Source: Chloroflexota bacterium (GTDB lineage Bacteria; Chloroflexota; Anaerolineae; Anaerolineales; UBA4823). From it: a stretch of DNA of 64,000 nucleotides. The translations under genes were made by a program, and so were the position numbers. The notes beneath the pieces are model-generated. The model did no database searches. It was not told where the DNA came from and worked only from the letters and a program-made list of their open reading frames with translations. The stretch is from NCBI GenBank assembly GCA_012516075.1, contig JAAYXE010000093.1:879-64878 (forward strand), read 5' to 3'. Below, piece after piece: positions 1 through 9,756 of this stretch (the first letter of the stretch is position 1; each line of letters opens with the position of its first letter).

Positions 1-609
1 CGCCTGTATTATGAATCGGTCCACTGGATCACCGGAATTGAACAGGGACCGGACGGATCGCTCTGGTATGAACTCACCGATGACCTGCTGCACGTCAGGC
101 ACTTCGTGCCCGCTGCACACGTTCGCCCGATCCACCCGGACGAAATCTCACCCATTTCTGCGGATGTGCCGCCCGAAGAAAAGCGCATCGAGATCTCGCT
201 CGCCGATCAGACCCTTACCGCTTATGAAGGCAGTGAAATGGTGCTGCATACCAGGGTCTCTACAGGCATTCACATAGACAACCCGCCTAACGGGATCCCC
301 ACGGACACGCCGCGCGGCAGATTCTTCATCCAGACCAAATTCCCCTCCCGTCACATGGGTGATGGCCGCCTCAACAGCGATATCAACGCTTACGAGCTGC
401 CGGGCGTCCCCTGGACATCCGTTTTTCACGAATGGGGTGTGGCGCTGCACGGGACCTACTGGCACGATAATTTTGGCCGTATCATGAGTCACGGCTGTGT
501 CAATATGCGCAACGCAGACGCGAAGTGGATTTACCGCTGGACCACCCCCATCGCCGGTCCACAGGACTGGTTCGCGCGCGGGAACGGAACCCTGATCAAA
601 GTCTATTAA
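1..609 (+). CDS. L,D-transpeptidase (YkuD family), 5'-truncated by the window edge
   Basis: Frame 1 is open from nt 1 (..SLWYELTDDLLHVRHF..), upstream of the listed ATG at 106. The C-terminal YkuD catalytic signature HGTYWHDNFGRIMSHGCVNM (His...Cys) is present. Confidence 0.85.
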   Translation, partial: RLYYESVHWITGIEQGPDGSLWYELTDDLLHVRHFVPAAHVRPIHPDEISPISADVPPEEKRIEISLADQTLTAYEGSEMVLHTRVSTGIHIDNPPNGIPTDTPRGRFFIQTKFPSRHMGDGRLNSDINAYELPGVPWTSVFHEWGVALHGTYWHDNFGRIMSHGCVNMRNADAKWIYRWTTPIAGPQDWFARGNGTLIKVY

Positions 610-637
610 CTGGTAAAAAACAGGGTAGTATACAGAT

Positions 638-677
638 ACTGGTCTGGCAGCGAGATAGCCGCCAGACCAGTTTTTTT
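638..677 (+). terminator. Rho-independent terminator after the L,D-transpeptidase gene
   Basis: Perfect 11-bp stem ACTGGTCTGGC / GCCAGACCAGT around a 12-nt loop, followed by T7. Confidence 0.8.
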
Positions 678-882
678 AATCCTCGCAGAAGATGTGTACC
701 CCATTCAAAGGTAGTTTTTTTTCCAGCCAGCCCGGCACTCATATAGAATATGCTGTCCATCACACGTATAAGCGGCACAGCCTCCCTCGCGCCAGTCCAG
801 CAATACCTGCCTACCCGGTCAACCAGAGCGCGCTGCTGTTCACCTGTACCTGATTACCTGAGGATCTAAAGCCTTCGCAGGG

Positions 883-910
883 TTCACTCTCGCCGGTAGA
901 GCGTTATAAT
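883..910 (+). promoter_or_regulatory. Sigma70-like promoter for the PCuAC gene
   Basis: TTCACT, 16-nt spacer, perfect TATAAT (905-910). It lies about 40 nt upstream of the GTG start and its GGGAGGG RBS. Confidence 0.5.
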
Positions 911-948
911 GGACCTGACAAATGAACGGATACAGGGAGGGAATATAA

Positions 949-1392
949 GTGAAATTTCCGGTTTGGATCATCAGCTTTTTCGCCGTCACCATACTGCTGG
1001 CGGCATGCAGCACAGCGGGAGCGGAAAGCGCAGAAGGGCTGTCCATTCGTGATCCCTGGGCGCGGCCGGGACCGGCCGGGGGCACCAGTGCGATCTATTT
1101 CAGCATTGAAAACGATTCAGAAGCGGATACGCTGCTGGGCGCCAGCGCCAGTGTCGCCGGGGCAGTCGAACTGCACCGCAGTATGATGAGTGACGACGGA
1201 ACGATGAGTATGGAACACCAGCATTCCATTTCCATTCCTCAGGGCGAGACGGTGAACTTTGAGCCCGGTGGGCTGCATGTGATGTTGATCGACCTCACCG
1301 ATGGATTGGATGTGGGAGAGAGCTTTCCCCTCACGCTCACATTTGAAAAGGCCGGCGATGTTACCGTGATGGTACCCGTACGCGAACCCTGA
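949..1392 (+). CDS. Periplasmic copper chaperone PCu(A)C (DUF461) lipoprotein
   Basis: Lipobox LLAAC at the N-terminus. His/Met Cu(I) motif HRSMMSDDGTMSMEHQH and GGLHVMLIDL. GGGAGGG RBS before the GTG start. Confidence 0.8.
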   Translation: MKFPVWIISFFAVTILLAACSTAGAESAEGLSIRDPWARPGPAGGTSAIYFSIENDSEADTLLGASASVAGAVELHRSMMSDDGTMSMEHQHSISIPQGETVNFEPGGLHVMLIDLTDGLDVGESFPLTLTFEKAGDVTVMVPVREP

Positions 1393-1423
1393 TATAGATA
1401 ACCGCAGTTCTTAAAATAAAAAC

Positions 1424-1458
1424 ATCGCAGGCGGTTCCTCCATCTGCGATATTTTTTT
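1424..1458. terminator. Bidirectional terminator between convergent PCuAC and ctaA-ctaB genes
   Basis: ATCGCAG / CTGCGAT stem flanked by an A-rich tract (aaaataaaaac) and ATTTTTTTAT. Confidence 0.6.
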
Positions 1459-1472
1459 ATAGATTTCATGCT

Positions 1473-3311
1473 TTACAGCAGCCGGTCGATCATCAGGACC
1501 ACAAAAATAAATGCCAGGTACATGCTGGAGTAGCGGTACATCTTCCAGGCCACTTTGTTGCCTTCCTGCTTCCACACCATCCAGGCGGCATGCAGCAGCC
1601 ACAGCCCCAGCAGCAGCGCACCGATCAGATAAATTCCTCCCCCCAGGCCAAACAGCGGCATCAGCAGGGTCAAGGCCACCAGTTCGATGGTGTAGATAAA
1701 GATCTGGCGGCGGGTCTCCGCTTCGCCGCGCACCACAGGCAGCATGGGCACCCCGGCGCGCGCATAGTCCTTACGCCGCACAATCGCCAGGGCCCAGAAG
1801 TGCGGCGGGGTCCACATGAAAACCAGGGCGAACAGAAAGAGCGAGGGGATATCCAGGCTCCCCGTTGCCGCTGCCCAACCAACCAGCGGCGGTATCGCCC
1901 CTGCGCCTCCGCCGATGACGATGTTCTGCACCGTGGTTTTCTTCAGGATGATGCTGTACAGCAGCACGTAATACAGAATACCGGCCAGGGAGAGCAGCGC
2001 GGCCAGGAAATTGACAAAGGCCACCATCAGGTAAAAAGAAGCCAGCGCGATACCTACCCCAAACGCCAGGCCCTCGCCGGGAGTCAGCCGGCCGGCAGGG
2101 ATGGGCCGCTTCTGGGTGCGCTGCATCTTGACGTCATCCAGGCGGTCGATGTACTGGTTAATCGCCCCCGACCCGCCGGCAGCCATGAAGCCACCCAGCA
2201 GAGTCCAGAAGGTCAGCGAGAGGGAAGGCCAGGCCTGCGCGCCGATGACCATACCAGCATAAGTGGTGACCAGCAGCAGCAGTACGACCACCGGTTTGGT
2301 AAGCGCCAGCAGGTCCTTCCACAGCCCCTTTCGACCTGCAATGGATGCCGCGTCCGCCATCTCTTCTTCCGTGCTGCGGGCTGCCATCCCGACAGCCGTC
2401 ACCTGCACGACCAGCGCAGCCAGCGCGGCGACGGCCGTCGCCTGGTGCAGGGCCAGCATATACACCGGAAAGCCATTCACCAGCCTGGCACCTAAAAGTC
2501 CCTGCGAAATGAAGAGCACTACCGCAGCCGTAGTCGCTACCAGAATGGGGGTCTGTGTCCGCTGGGTACGCCAGGCTTGCAGGAAAAGTGCAACCAGCAG
2601 TCCACCGGAAACGGCAACCACCAGGCGGTGAATAACGTTCAACCAGGCGGCGGGCGTCTGGGGAAGGCTCAGCCCGTCGCACAGCGGCCAGGATGGGCAG
2701 GCTGTGCTGGCCTGGCCCCCCGATACCAGCGCGCCGGTGAGCAGAAGCACGGAGAATGCCAGTAATGTCAGCAGCGAAAGCCGTGCGAACGGCGAGCGGT
2801 ATACCAGGCGCGCCGGCTGGACCGTTCCTGCACGCTCCAGGTAGAACATTACCACCAGCGAGACCAGCACGGGCGCCAGTGTGAGCAGGGATAGCAGCAG
2901 ATGCAGGGCGGTGACGCTCTGCGGGTCAAACGGCAGGACACCCAGCGCGATGGCCGCGCCCAGCAGGATCTGCACCACCATCATCGCCAGGCCCAGATAT
3001 AACGGACGGGCGATCCAGGGCTCCGAGCGAAAATGCCGCCAGGCCAGCCAGGCCGACCCTGCGACCAGCGGTGCTGCCAGGATGGTGGTCAGGCGGTGGA
3101 TCAGGTCGATCACCGTTTGCTGGCCTGCGGGAGCATCCCACATGGCCAGGCAGGGACCCAGGCTGAACAGATCCGGGCAGGCTCCGCCCGCCTCGGTAAC
3201 CCGCACGATCCCGCCGGTAATGATGAGAACAAACAGGGTCAGGGCGGCAGCCAGCACGAGCGCGCGCAGCCATGCCGGTACGCCGCCAGGGGCGGTCATC
3301 TGGTTGCTCAT
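1473..3311 (-). CDS. ctaA/ctaB: Fused heme A synthase (CtaA/COX15, N-terminal) and protoheme IX farnesyltransferase (CtaB/COX10, C-terminal)
   Basis: The N-terminal half has paired Cys and His motifs of CtaA (CPDLFSLGPC, HRLTTIL, CPSWPLCDG, HRLVVAV). The C-terminal half has UbiA-type prenyltransferase motifs (NQYIDRLDDVKMQRTQKRPIPAGR, MWTPPHFWALA). It is a single uninterrupted 612-aa ORF. Confidence 0.85.
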   Translation of the reverse strand: MSNQMTAPGGVPAWLRALVLAAALTLFVLIITGGIVRVTEAGGACPDLFSLGPCLAMWDAPAGQQTVIDLIHRLTTILAAPLVAGSAWLAWRHFRSEPWIARPLYLGLAMMVVQILLGAAIALGVLPFDPQSVTALHLLLSLLTLAPVLVSLVVMFYLERAGTVQPARLVYRSPFARLSLLTLLAFSVLLLTGALVSGGQASTACPSWPLCDGLSLPQTPAAWLNVIHRLVVAVSGGLLVALFLQAWRTQRTQTPILVATTAAVVLFISQGLLGARLVNGFPVYMLALHQATAVAALAALVVQVTAVGMAARSTEEEMADAASIAGRKGLWKDLLALTKPVVVLLLLVTTYAGMVIGAQAWPSLSLTFWTLLGGFMAAGGSGAINQYIDRLDDVKMQRTQKRPIPAGRLTPGEGLAFGVGIALASFYLMVAFVNFLAALLSLAGILYYVLLYSIILKKTTVQNIVIGGGAGAIPPLVGWAAATGSLDIPSLFLFALVFMWTPPHFWALAIVRRKDYARAGVPMLPVVRGEAETRRQIFIYTIELVALTLLMPLFGLGGGIYLIGALLLGLWLLHAAWMVWKQEGNKVAWKMYRYSSMYLAFIFVVLMIDRLL

Positions 3312-4150
3312 GACTTTCTCCTGATGGACAGGTCCATATCTTTGCTGACAGAGGCGTGCTGGTTTGCACGCCCGTTTTTCTGTGCAGGATCAACTTTACT
3401 GCCGGCGGATTTTTCCTGACGCTGGATGAAAAACGGATACCCGATGCCCAGTATGGCAGCGAAGGCGAACCACTGCAGCGCATACCCGAGGTGTGAGCCC
3501 TCGGTCAGGTTCAACTGGGGCGCCGTACGAGCCGGCAGCCCGGTCCACGACGGAGATGGCGCCTGCTGGATGTAGGCAGGCAGCAGGTCATAGCTCACCT
3601 GCTGGTCGATCGCCTCCACGTTGACAAAATTCCAGCTCTTTACCGGTTCGCCGCCCGGAACCGGGGTCGGGTCGCTGCGCGGGCCAAAATCGGGCCGCGA
3701 CTGCGAGCGGCGGATCACCCCACGTACCTCCACCACCCCCGGCTCGGCATATTTCGACCAGTCGCCTGAGGTGTAGTCTTCAGCCGGAATCCATCCCCGG
3801 TCGACCAGGATCGCCCTTTCTGTACCTTCGATGACCAGGGGAGTCACCAGGTGCACACCCCACTGACCGTCCATGGCCTGATTGCGAATGGCGATTTCCT
3901 GGCTGTGATCATATTCCCCGCGCACGATCACATCCCGGTACTCCATGTTATGCAGGTCCGCCTGCAGCGCAGCCCCATTGAGTTCCAGCGGGGGCATGTT
4001 TAGTTGAGCCTGCACGCGGGCATTAAAAGCTCGCCGCTGTTCCAGACGATCGAGCTGCCAGAAGCCCAGACGGATCATTACCACCACAGCAGCGATCACC
4101 AGCAGCGTGGTCAGGATCCAACGCCGGCTCAACATTCGTGTAAAGATCAT
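3308..4150 (-). CDS. SURF1-family cytochrome oxidase assembly protein
   Basis: N-terminal TM followed by RLGFWQLDRLEQRRAFN, plus the C-terminal HLGYALQWFAFA TM. It shows 4-nt overlaps with both neighbours. Confidence 0.8.
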   Translation of the reverse strand: MIFTRMLSRRWILTTLLVIAAVVVMIRLGFWQLDRLEQRRAFNARVQAQLNMPPLELNGAALQADLHNMEYRDVIVRGEYDHSQEIAIRNQAMDGQWGVHLVTPLVIEGTERAILVDRGWIPAEDYTSGDWSKYAEPGVVEVRGVIRRSQSRPDFGPRSDPTPVPGGEPVKSWNFVNVEAIDQQVSYDLLPAYIQQAPSPSWTGLPARTAPQLNLTEGSHLGYALQWFAFAAILGIGYPFFIQRQEKSAGSKVDPAQKNGRANQHASVSKDMDLSIRRKS

Positions 4151-4686
4151 CGCTGCTCCTGTGCGGGCGAGGCTTTTTCTTCCTGCTGCTCCTGTTTCAC
4201 CGGAAAGACCAGCAGGCTGTACATAAACGCCAGAATTGCGGTCGTCGGAAAGGTGAGCCCGAGCCCCGTCAGGCGCACGCCTACGGAGGTGCCTGCACGC
4301 ACATCGAAGCCCAGATAGCGGCTGGGTCTGAACGAACAGGAAAGTGCGTATTTATCGGCCTGCTCCAGCGCTAACCGGGCTGTCCCGCCAGCCGGGATCC
4401 ACAGCGGCCCCAATTCGTGGTCCGTGGTATCGTGATTTTTTACTTCCAGCACGTCGCCGATGACAAATTGAAGCTCCGCAGGGATAGATGGCACTTCCTC
4501 TCCGGCGGCGACACGCGACGCGGTCCCTTCCGGTATCTCGAGCCGGATCGTTTGAGGAGCGCGATCGTAGTTTTCTCGCTGCAGGTGGTAAGTCAGCTCG
4601 TTAAACGCAAACGAAAGCGCCAGAGAAAGAAGGAGCACAATCCACAGGCGTTTCCAGTAGGGTCGCAGGGCCGGTTTTTTGAACAT
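4147..4686 (-). CDS. Two-TM membrane protein, possibly cupredoxin-like, inside the oxidase assembly operon
   Basis: TM helices at both ends. The soluble core carries LEVKNHDTTDHEL, which parallels LELNNNGALAHEI of the cupredoxin at 43960-44460, and a single Cys (ALSCSF). It is translationally coupled to SURF1. Confidence 0.45.
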   Translation of the reverse strand: MFKKPALRPYWKRLWIVLLLSLALSFAFNELTYHLQRENYDRAPQTIRLEIPEGTASRVAAGEEVPSIPAELQFVIGDVLEVKNHDTTDHELGPLWIPAGGTARLALEQADKYALSCSFRPSRYLGFDVRAGTSVGVRLTGLGLTFPTTAILAFMYSLLVFPVKQEQQEEKASPAQEQR

Positions 4687-4694
4687 CTTTTGAC

Positions 4695-5306
4695 TTACCT
4701 TTCACGCAGGAGATGGGCGACGTCCTGCGTCATTTTTTCTACTTCCATTCCAAAGGGAAACGTCATCCGCCAGTTGCCGGCTTTGTCCACCACATAGACA
4801 CGCGCCGTATGATCTACCAGGTAGCCAGAAGCGCCGGTCGTTTCCACCTTTTCCCGGTAAACCCCATAACTTTTCCAAACCTGCTCCAGTTCTTCCTGCT
4901 CGCCGGTCAGGGCAACGAACTCAGGGTCGAAGTTCGCCATGTGCTTTGCCAGCCGCTCGGGCGTATCGCGTTCAGGGTCGACTGTGACAAAGACAAACTC
5001 AACGTTTTCGGCATCTTTCCCTAAACGGGTTTTAATGCGTCTGAATTCCGAAAGCGTAACCGGGCACACGTCCGGACAGTATGTGTATCCAAAGAAGATG
5101 AGCACGACCTTACCCTGCTGCTCGCCCAGTCGAAAAGTCCCCCCGTTCTGGTCGGTCAATTCAAAATCGGCAGCCGGCACCGGGGGTTCGATCAGTGCGC
5201 CCTGGTAGGTATACAGATTGGAGTAGAGCTGCCAGCCCCCCAGCATCACGGCCAGACCAAGGAGCGCCCCGATACCGATCGTAACAAACCTGGATTTCAT
5301 CATCAT
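4695..5306 (-). CDS. SCO1/SenC copper chaperone (thioredoxin fold)
   Basis: N-terminal TM, CPDVCP motif and the downstream conserved His (VDHTARVYVVD). Confidence 0.85.
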   Translation of the reverse strand: MMMKSRFVTIGIGALLGLAVMLGGWQLYSNLYTYQGALIEPPVPAADFELTDQNGGTFRLGEQQGKVVLIFFGYTYCPDVCPVTLSEFRRIKTRLGKDAENVEFVFVTVDPERDTPERLAKHMANFDPEFVALTGEQEELEQVWKSYGVYREKVETTGASGYLVDHTARVYVVDKAGNWRMTFPFGMEVEKMTQDVAHLLRER

Positions 5307-5444
5307 CTCGCCTACCGCCTGTCCTCAGAGAAAGGGAGGAGCCGGCCGGTGCAGAGGAACACCCTGCCGGCCAGCTCCGCCATCCACCTGTGGACAGGTT
5401 ATCTCTTCGTAAAGTACGCAGTATCAGTCCTGGCCTCAACTCCC

Positions 5445-6023
5445 CTAAAGCACCGGTGTACCAATCAGGTACAGCGACGGGTAAAAGAGGATCCAGACCA
5501 CGTCGATAAAGTGCCAGTAAACCGCCGCAGCTTCCACGGGCCAGTGGCGTTCCTCGTTATACAGTCCTTTACGTCCGTTGCGGTAGATGATGGCCAGGAA
5601 AATGACGCCGGTCAGCACGTGGAAGGCATGGAAGCCGGTCATGGCGTAGAAGAGCGAGGCGGCCGCTCCATCCGCGGGACCGAAAGGAGCGATCTGCCAC
5701 TCCACCCCCACCACGCCGATGAGGAACAGGGTTCCCAGCGCCAGTGTGATCAGGGTGCTGCGTAAAAAGGTCTTCCGGTCGCCGAAGGCGATCGCCGTTT
5801 CCGCCCGGTTCATGAAAAAGCTGCTCACCAGCAGCATGGCGGTGACCACCAGGCCAACCACCTGGCTGACTTCAGGCCGCTGCGCTGTACCCAGCAGATA
5901 GAAGCGGCTGACCAGCAGACCACCGAAAACAAAAGAATCGGAGAGCAGGAACAGCCAAAGCCCCAGACGGTTGGAATTGGCTCTCCAGCGATATTGTGAG
6001 GTGGTTACAGTCTCGGACGACAT
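5445..6023 (-). CDS. ctaE: Cytochrome c oxidase subunit III
   Basis: LWLFLLSDSFVFGGL, FHAFHVLTGVIFL and YWHFIDVVWI motifs. Operon position next to subunits I and IV. Confidence 0.85.
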   Translation of the reverse strand: MSSETVTTSQYRWRANSNRLGLWLFLLSDSFVFGGLLVSRFYLLGTAQRPEVSQVVGLVVTAMLLVSSFFMNRAETAIAFGDRKTFLRSTLITLALGTLFLIGVVGVEWQIAPFGPADGAAASLFYAMTGFHAFHVLTGVIFLAIIYRNGRKGLYNEERHWPVEAAAVYWHFIDVVWILFYPSLYLIGTPVL

Positions 6024-6235
6024 CAGTGCATCTCCTCTTCACCGGCAAACAGGCGCGGCAGGTGCATATATTCCTTGATGACAAAGTAGGCTTTAATCGC
6101 TGCGACTCCCAGCAGCGGCGCCCACCAGGAGCTGGCCACCGCCCCGAGGAAGAATTCGCCAATCGTCAGGACGACCAGCAAAATCATCACGCTGACGCCG
6201 ATCTGGTACGCTTCTTTCTTTTTGTTCTCATCCAT
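6023..6235 (-). CDS. ctaF: Cytochrome c oxidase subunit IV (small prokaryotic caa3-type)
   Basis: 70-aa two-helix protein between subunits I and III. Its stop overlaps the subunit III start. Confidence 0.65.
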   Translation of the reverse strand: MDENKKKEAYQIGVSVMILLVVLTIGEFFLGAVASSWWAPLLGVAAIKAYFVIKEYMHLPRLFAGEEEMH

Positions 6236-6269
6236 TTCAGACCTCTCCTATGCGTGATACGCTGTGCCG

Positions 6270-8210
6270 CTAATCGGCGCCAGCCGGCGCCACGGAGGGC
6301 TCTCCCGGCTCTGCTTCGGGCCGCACCGGCCGGGCGCGCTCTTTATCGATGTCGACAAAGGCAGAACCTTCCAGCCCGTAGTCATAAGGTTCGCCAATTA
6401 CCGTGAAAGGCTGGGGATAATTATGCTTGGGCAGCGGCGAAGGAAGCTGGAATTCCGGAGAGCGGGAGCGCCAGGGATTGGCCACAGCCACCGGACCGCG
6501 CCGCGCACTGTAGATGATGTTGATTACTCCAATGATGATCGAAAGACCGATTACATAGGCCGCGATGGTGATCAGCAGCTGCGTGGTCTCAATACCCAGA
6601 GCCGGGTCATAATCTGCAATCCGGCGGCGCATACCCAGCAGCCCGACCTGCATCTGGCCCAGCGACTGTACGTAGAAGGCGGGCAGCATCAGGAAGAAGT
6701 GCAGTTTCCCCAGGGTTTCGTTGTACATCCGCCCGGTCATCTTCGGGAACCAGTAATATATGGCTGCGAAGAAGGGGAACACGAAGCCGCCGAACATCGT
6801 GGCGTGGAAGTGTCCCACGATCCAGTATGTATCCTGCAGGTGGAGGTCGGTGGAAACCGTGCCGTTGGGCGGCCCGCTCAATCCGCCCAGCAGGAAGATG
6901 GAGATAGCGCCCAGCACAAAGAGCATCGGCGTGGGGAAGGTCAGCTTGCCCTGCCAGATTGTGGCCACCCAGCTAAAGAACTTGACCCCAGTGGGGACTG
7001 CCACCAGCAGGGTGGAGTACATGAAGGGGACCCGCAGGTAGGACGCCATACCCGAGGTGAACATGTGGTGCGCCCATACCAGGAACCCAACCAGGGCAAT
7101 TCCGAAAGAAGACACGGCCACCCAGCGGTAGCCGAAGAGCGGCTTGCGGGAGAAGACAGGCAGCAGTTCGCTGATCACGCCCAGCCCGGTAAGGATAAAC
7201 ACGTACACCGCGGGATGGGAATAGAACCAGAACAGGTGCTGGAACAGGATCGGATCGCCGCCGCGCTCCGGGGAGAAAAAGCCCATTCCAAACAACCGTT
7301 CAAACATCACCAGCTGGAAGGAAAGACCGATCAACTGCGTGGCGGTCAGGCTGATGATGGAGGTCGCAAACGCTGTCCACACAAAAACCGGCATGCGGAA
7401 GTAAGACATCCCCGGTGCCCGCAGACGGACGATGGTTGCGATGATGTTCAGCGAGCCGAGAATGGACGACAGACCGAACAGGTAAACGCCCAGGAAAAAC
7501 ATCTGCATGCCCAGCGGTGCCCGGGTGCTGAGCGGTGGATAGCCTGTCCAGCCGGTGTCGAACCCGCCCAGGAACAGGCTGCTGAGCAGGATGATCCCGG
7601 CCGGAACGTTGATCCAGTAGGCGAATGCATTCAACCGCGGGAAGATCATGTCGTTCGCGCCGATCAACAGCGGCACCAGGTAGTTCGACATGGCCGCCAC
7701 GCCCAGCAGCATCGCATAGATCATGACGATGCCGTGCAGGCTCATGATCGTGTTGAACTGTTCCAGCGACAGGAACTGGAGCCCTGTAGCGGCCAGTTCG
7801 GTGCGGAACGTGATGGCAAACAGACCTGCCAGGCAGATCATCGCCAGGGCCGTCACACCGTACTGGATTCCGATCACTTTGTGGTCGTAGGAAATGCTCA
7901 GGTAGCGCCGCACCCCAGATTCGTGATCATCCTGGGGGTGTTCGGGGGTCTCCAGTCCGCGCATCCAGCGGAACCAGTCAGAGGTCACGCCGGTTGCCAG
8001 CATGAATCCGATGGCGCCGAAAAGTGCTCCGACCACCCAGGCCGGCTCGGTAAACCCGAATGCGCCAGGGTTCCAGGCCGTGAGGCCCAGAGCCAGGCGG
8101 ATCACCGTCACCAGCAGCAGGCCTGCCGGTGTGCCAATCACAAATCCGATCAGGCCCCTCAGCAGCCCTATTGAAAGGAAACCACTATTCGTCCTGCGAT
8201 TCATAATCAT
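6270..8210 (-). CDS. ctaD: Cytochrome c oxidase subunit I (heme-copper oxidase catalytic subunit)
   Basis: WFYSHPAVYVFILTG, VWAHHMFTSG and GHFHATMFGG ligand motifs. Twelve or more TM segments. Confidence 0.95.
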   Translation of the reverse strand: MIMNRRTNSGFLSIGLLRGLIGFVIGTPAGLLLVTVIRLALGLTAWNPGAFGFTEPAWVVGALFGAIGFMLATGVTSDWFRWMRGLETPEHPQDDHESGVRRYLSISYDHKVIGIQYGVTALAMICLAGLFAITFRTELAATGLQFLSLEQFNTIMSLHGIVMIYAMLLGVAAMSNYLVPLLIGANDMIFPRLNAFAYWINVPAGIILLSSLFLGGFDTGWTGYPPLSTRAPLGMQMFFLGVYLFGLSSILGSLNIIATIVRLRAPGMSYFRMPVFVWTAFATSIISLTATQLIGLSFQLVMFERLFGMGFFSPERGGDPILFQHLFWFYSHPAVYVFILTGLGVISELLPVFSRKPLFGYRWVAVSSFGIALVGFLVWAHHMFTSGMASYLRVPFMYSTLLVAVPTGVKFFSWVATIWQGKLTFPTPMLFVLGAISIFLLGGLSGPPNGTVSTDLHLQDTYWIVGHFHATMFGGFVFPFFAAIYYWFPKMTGRMYNETLGKLHFFLMLPAFYVQSLGQMQVGLLGMRRRIADYDPALGIETTQLLITIAAYVIGLSIIIGVINIIYSARRGPVAVANPWRSRSPEFQLPSPLPKHNYPQPFTVIGEPYDYGLEGSAFVDIDKERARPVRPEAEPGEPSVAPAGAD

Positions 8211-8256
8211 TCCTCCGGAACTTATTCACTCTTATCCGTATCCGGTCGCCTGCAGG

Positions 8257-9264
8257 CTATCTCAGGCTCTGGATAAAGGCGATGATGTCCTGAATTTGCT
8301 CTTCGGTCATCTGATCGGCGATATTTTCAGGCATTACATTCGGGAACCCCTGAACGATCTTTGCGCCCGGTTCGACAATCGACTCATGTAGATAAGCGTC
8401 GTCCACGGTCACCGTTGTGCCGTCTGCCAGAGTCTCCTGCGATCCGTAAACCCCCAGCCAGGTCGGTCCGACCAGCGGAGTACCGTCCACGCTGTGGCAG
8501 GCCAGACAGCCGTACTGCTCGGCCCAGACGCGGCCGCGCTCCACCGGGTCGTCGGAGACGCCGGAGGATTCGGCCACCCAGACTTCAAACTCATCCTGCG
8601 AAAGCACGCGTACATCCGCCAGCATATACGCATGCTGTATACCGCACAGTTCTGCGCAGCGAACCTTGTAGTCTCCCTCGATTGTGGGGGTAATGCGCAG
8701 GTCGCGGATGAATTCTTCCCCACCGGGGAGAGCGTCCTGCTTCACACGGAATTCAGGAACCCAGAAGGAGTGGATCACATCTGTCGAAGACAGGTGCAGG
8801 AGGGCCTGCTTGTTGACCGGCAGAACCAGTTCGGTGGACGCAAAACCATATTCCGGGTATTCAAATCGCCAGGACCACTGGGTGCCGATGACATTGACTT
8901 CCAGCGGCCGGGGCTCCGGTCTGACGGTTTCAGCCAGAGACTGTCCGCCCAGATAAGCAAAATAGAGAACGGTCAGAAGCGGTGCAACCGTCCAGATAAC
9001 TTCCAGACGGCTGTTCCCTTCGATGTGAACCGCATCGGTGTCATCGCCTTTCTTACGCCGAAAAACGATGATGCTGTAAAGCATGAAGACCACGATCAGG
9101 GAAAACAGAAAAGCGATCACCCGAAATTCCAGGCGGAAAAGTGCATCGATTGGCTCAGCCTGAGCGCTGGCACTGACCGGGAGCAGCCGCACCTGGTCCA
9201 GGCCGACGATCAAAAGCGCGGTAACGGCTAAGACCAGCAGGGCTGCGATGACAAGATGTTTCAT
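8257..9264 (-). CDS. ctaC: Cytochrome c oxidase subunit II with C-terminal cytochrome c domain (caa3 type)
   Basis: ATG at 9264 is preceded by AGGAGA. Signal-anchor plus two TMs, HSFWVPEF, CuA site CAELCGIQHAYM and heme c site CLACH. The reading frame stays open upstream (see the next feature). Confidence 0.9.
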   Translation of the reverse strand: MKHLVIAALLVLAVTALLIVGLDQVRLLPVSASAQAEPIDALFRLEFRVIAFLFSLIVVFMLYSIIVFRRKKGDDTDAVHIEGNSRLEVIWTVAPLLTVLYFAYLGGQSLAETVRPEPRPLEVNVIGTQWSWRFEYPEYGFASTELVLPVNKQALLHLSSTDVIHSFWVPEFRVKQDALPGGEEFIRDLRITPTIEGDYKVRCAELCGIQHAYMLADVRVLSQDEFEVWVAESSGVSDDPVERGRVWAEQYGCLACHSVDGTPLVGPTWLGVYGSQETLADGTTVTVDDAYLHESIVEPGAKIVQGFPNVMPENIADQMTEEQIQDIIAFIQSLR

Positions 9265-9756
9265 ATCCGTTCTCCTGTTCTGATTATTTGGCTTTGTTCG
9301 GTCTTGATCGAAAAATGAACGTCCGCCTTTGAACAGCAAACGCTTCTGGCCGGCAGCGGGTTCTTCTATCTGTGATTGCTCGCGCGGCCAGGCGCGGGTC
9401 CACTCATCCAACCAGTCATCAATTTGCGAAGCCGCCAGGGTGCGCCGGTCGTAGATAATCGCTTCCCCTGCGCTCTGCAGCGACAGCAGCACCACACGCA
9501 GCTTTTTCTCCCCCTCGACAAACCGGGCCAGAAACTCATCGCGGTTGAGGGCCTGATCATCGTAGTCCACGATGATCAGGTCCGGGCTTAATCGCTCCAG
9601 AGCTGAGATGGCCTCTTCCAGGTTCGTAACCATCCCCACCACCTCAACCCCGGTTGCGTGGCGTTCTTTCAGCAGGTTGCGTAACCCCTGTCCAAAGAGG
9701 GGGTGGCTGGAGGCAATCACAACGCGGCGAGCTGGTTGTCGGCTGGGGGTGACCAT
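9265..9756 (-). CDS. Receiver (CheY-like) pseudo-domain segment in frame with ctaC, with no stop codon of its own
   Basis: The alternating beta/alpha pattern RRVVIASSHPLFGQGLRNLLKE..VEVVGMV..NLEEAISALERLSPDLIIVDYDD..LRVVLLSL resembles a REC fold. The usual N-terminal DD pair is replaced by SS. ATG at 9756 has GGGAGAGG upstream, and there is no stop before the ctaC ATG. Confidence 0.5.

Noticed and set aside
6264-8174. 636-aa ORF on the plus strand
   Set aside because: It is exactly antisense to cytochrome oxidase subunit I, which has unambiguous motifs. Its translation is Arg/Gln/His/Pro/Gly-rich with no motifs, a typical high-GC antisense artefact.
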